Below are positions 63,095-64,000 of a stretch of 64,000 nt of DNA, piece by piece. Source of the stretch: an uncultured Chloroflexia bacterium (GTDB lineage: Bacteria; Chloroflexota; Anaerolineae; CG2-30-64-16); assembly GCA_963810095.1 (NCBI GenBank), contig CAWEMM010000008.1, positions 32,001 to 96,000 of the forward strand, in the 5' to 3' direction. Below the pieces are notes generated by a model, which had not been told where the DNA came from, did not search any database, and saw nothing but the letters and a program-made list of their open reading frames with translations. Within the stretch, counting starts at the first letter, position 1. Every line of letters begins with the position of its first letter. The position numbers and the translations under genes are program-made.

Positions 63095-64000
63095 ATGGCT
63101 CACTCGGCAGCTGCAGCGGCGCCCGCTGCCCGAAACGGCTCTCAACGCTGGACCGTTTCCTGACCTTGTGGATCTTTCCTGCGATGGCCCTCGGCGTCGC
63201 CATCGGCTATCTCATCCCGGCCTTCGGAATCTTCATCAACAAGTTCCAGGTGGGCACCACCAACATCCTGATCGCCATCGGCCTGATCCTGATGATGTAT
63301 CCGCCGTTCGCCAAGGTGAAGTACGAGCGCCTGCCCGAAGTCTTCCGCAACACGAGGGTCCTGGGCATGTCGCTCGTCCAGAACTGGATCATCGGCCCGA
63401 TCCTGATGTTCGTGCTGGCCGTCATCTTCCTGGCCGGCTACAACCAGGAGTACATGACCGGTCTGATCCTCATCGGCCTCGCGCGCTGCATCGCCATGGT
63501 CATCGTCTGGAACGAGCTGGCCAAGGGCGACACCGAGTACGCGGCCGGACTGGTGGCCTTCAACAGCGTCTTCCAGGTGCTCTTCTACAGCGTCTACGCC
63601 TACATCTTCATCACCGTCCTGCCGCAGGTGCTGGGGCTGGAGAGCGCCACGGTCCAGATCAGCATCGGCGAGCTGGCGCGGACGGTCTTCATCTACCTGG
63701 GCATCCCCATGATCGCGGGCTTCGGGTCGCGCTTCATCCTGCTGCGCCTTAAGGGCCGGGAGTGGTACGAGACGAAGTTCATCCCCCGCATCAGCCCGAT
63801 CACGCTGGTCGCGCTGCTCTTCACCATCATCGTGATGTTCAGCCTGCAGGGCGAAACAGATCATCAACCAGCCGCTGGATGTGGTGCGCATCGCCATCCC
63901 GCTGGCGCTCTACTTCGTGATCATGTTCATGGTCACGTTCTGGATGGGGCGCCGCGCAGGTGCGAACTACAAGATGACGGCGACGATGTCGTTCACGGCC
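63095..64000 (+). CDS. acr3: ACR3 family arsenite efflux pump (runs off window; frameshifts)
   Basis: [48 protein letters not shown]. Confidence 0.92.

Overview
GC-rich bacterial chromosomal window, most likely Chloroflexota (Anaerolineae/Caldilineae-like; inferred from gene style and the RNase P RNA, not a database result). Many genes, including lysS, carry single-base frameshifts, most simply explained as uncorrected long-read indels. Left (1-17 kb): GH3 beta-glucosidase, tRNA-Leu(TAG), a long divergent RNase P RNA, Crp/Fnr regulator, VIT-vWA protein, greA-lysS, and a GH57-treZ-treY glycogen-to-trehalose cluster. Middle (17.6-44.5 kb): a 10-heme OTR-like cytochrome; a mobile-element remnant (RepA/AAA_25 helicase with a 137-bp duplication, tRNA-Gly(CCC), broken tyrosine integrase); then a sulfur/redox region with a Tat-exported SoxC-SoxD-like fusion, two TauE exporters, a UGA-recoded (selenocysteine, UxxC) peroxiredoxin-like gene missed by the ORF track, ECF sigma/anti-sigma, and a TauE - persulfide dioxygenase/rhodanese - cytoplasmic SoxB-like operon. 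Right (45-64 kb): a ~14 kb minus-strand run that starts with a B12-binding enzyme, an asparagine-synthetase-like ligase lacking the catalytic N-terminal Cys and an opine dehydrogenase, continues through PII-like/CBS proteins and Na/Ca and cation/H+ exchangers, and ends in a full Mrp antiporter. A divergent RpiR regulator and an ars operon follow. Best candidates for an undescribed system: the B12 enzyme + Cys-less AsnB ligase + opine dehydrogenase triad, and the SoxYZ-independent SoxB-like/CstB-like sulfur module.
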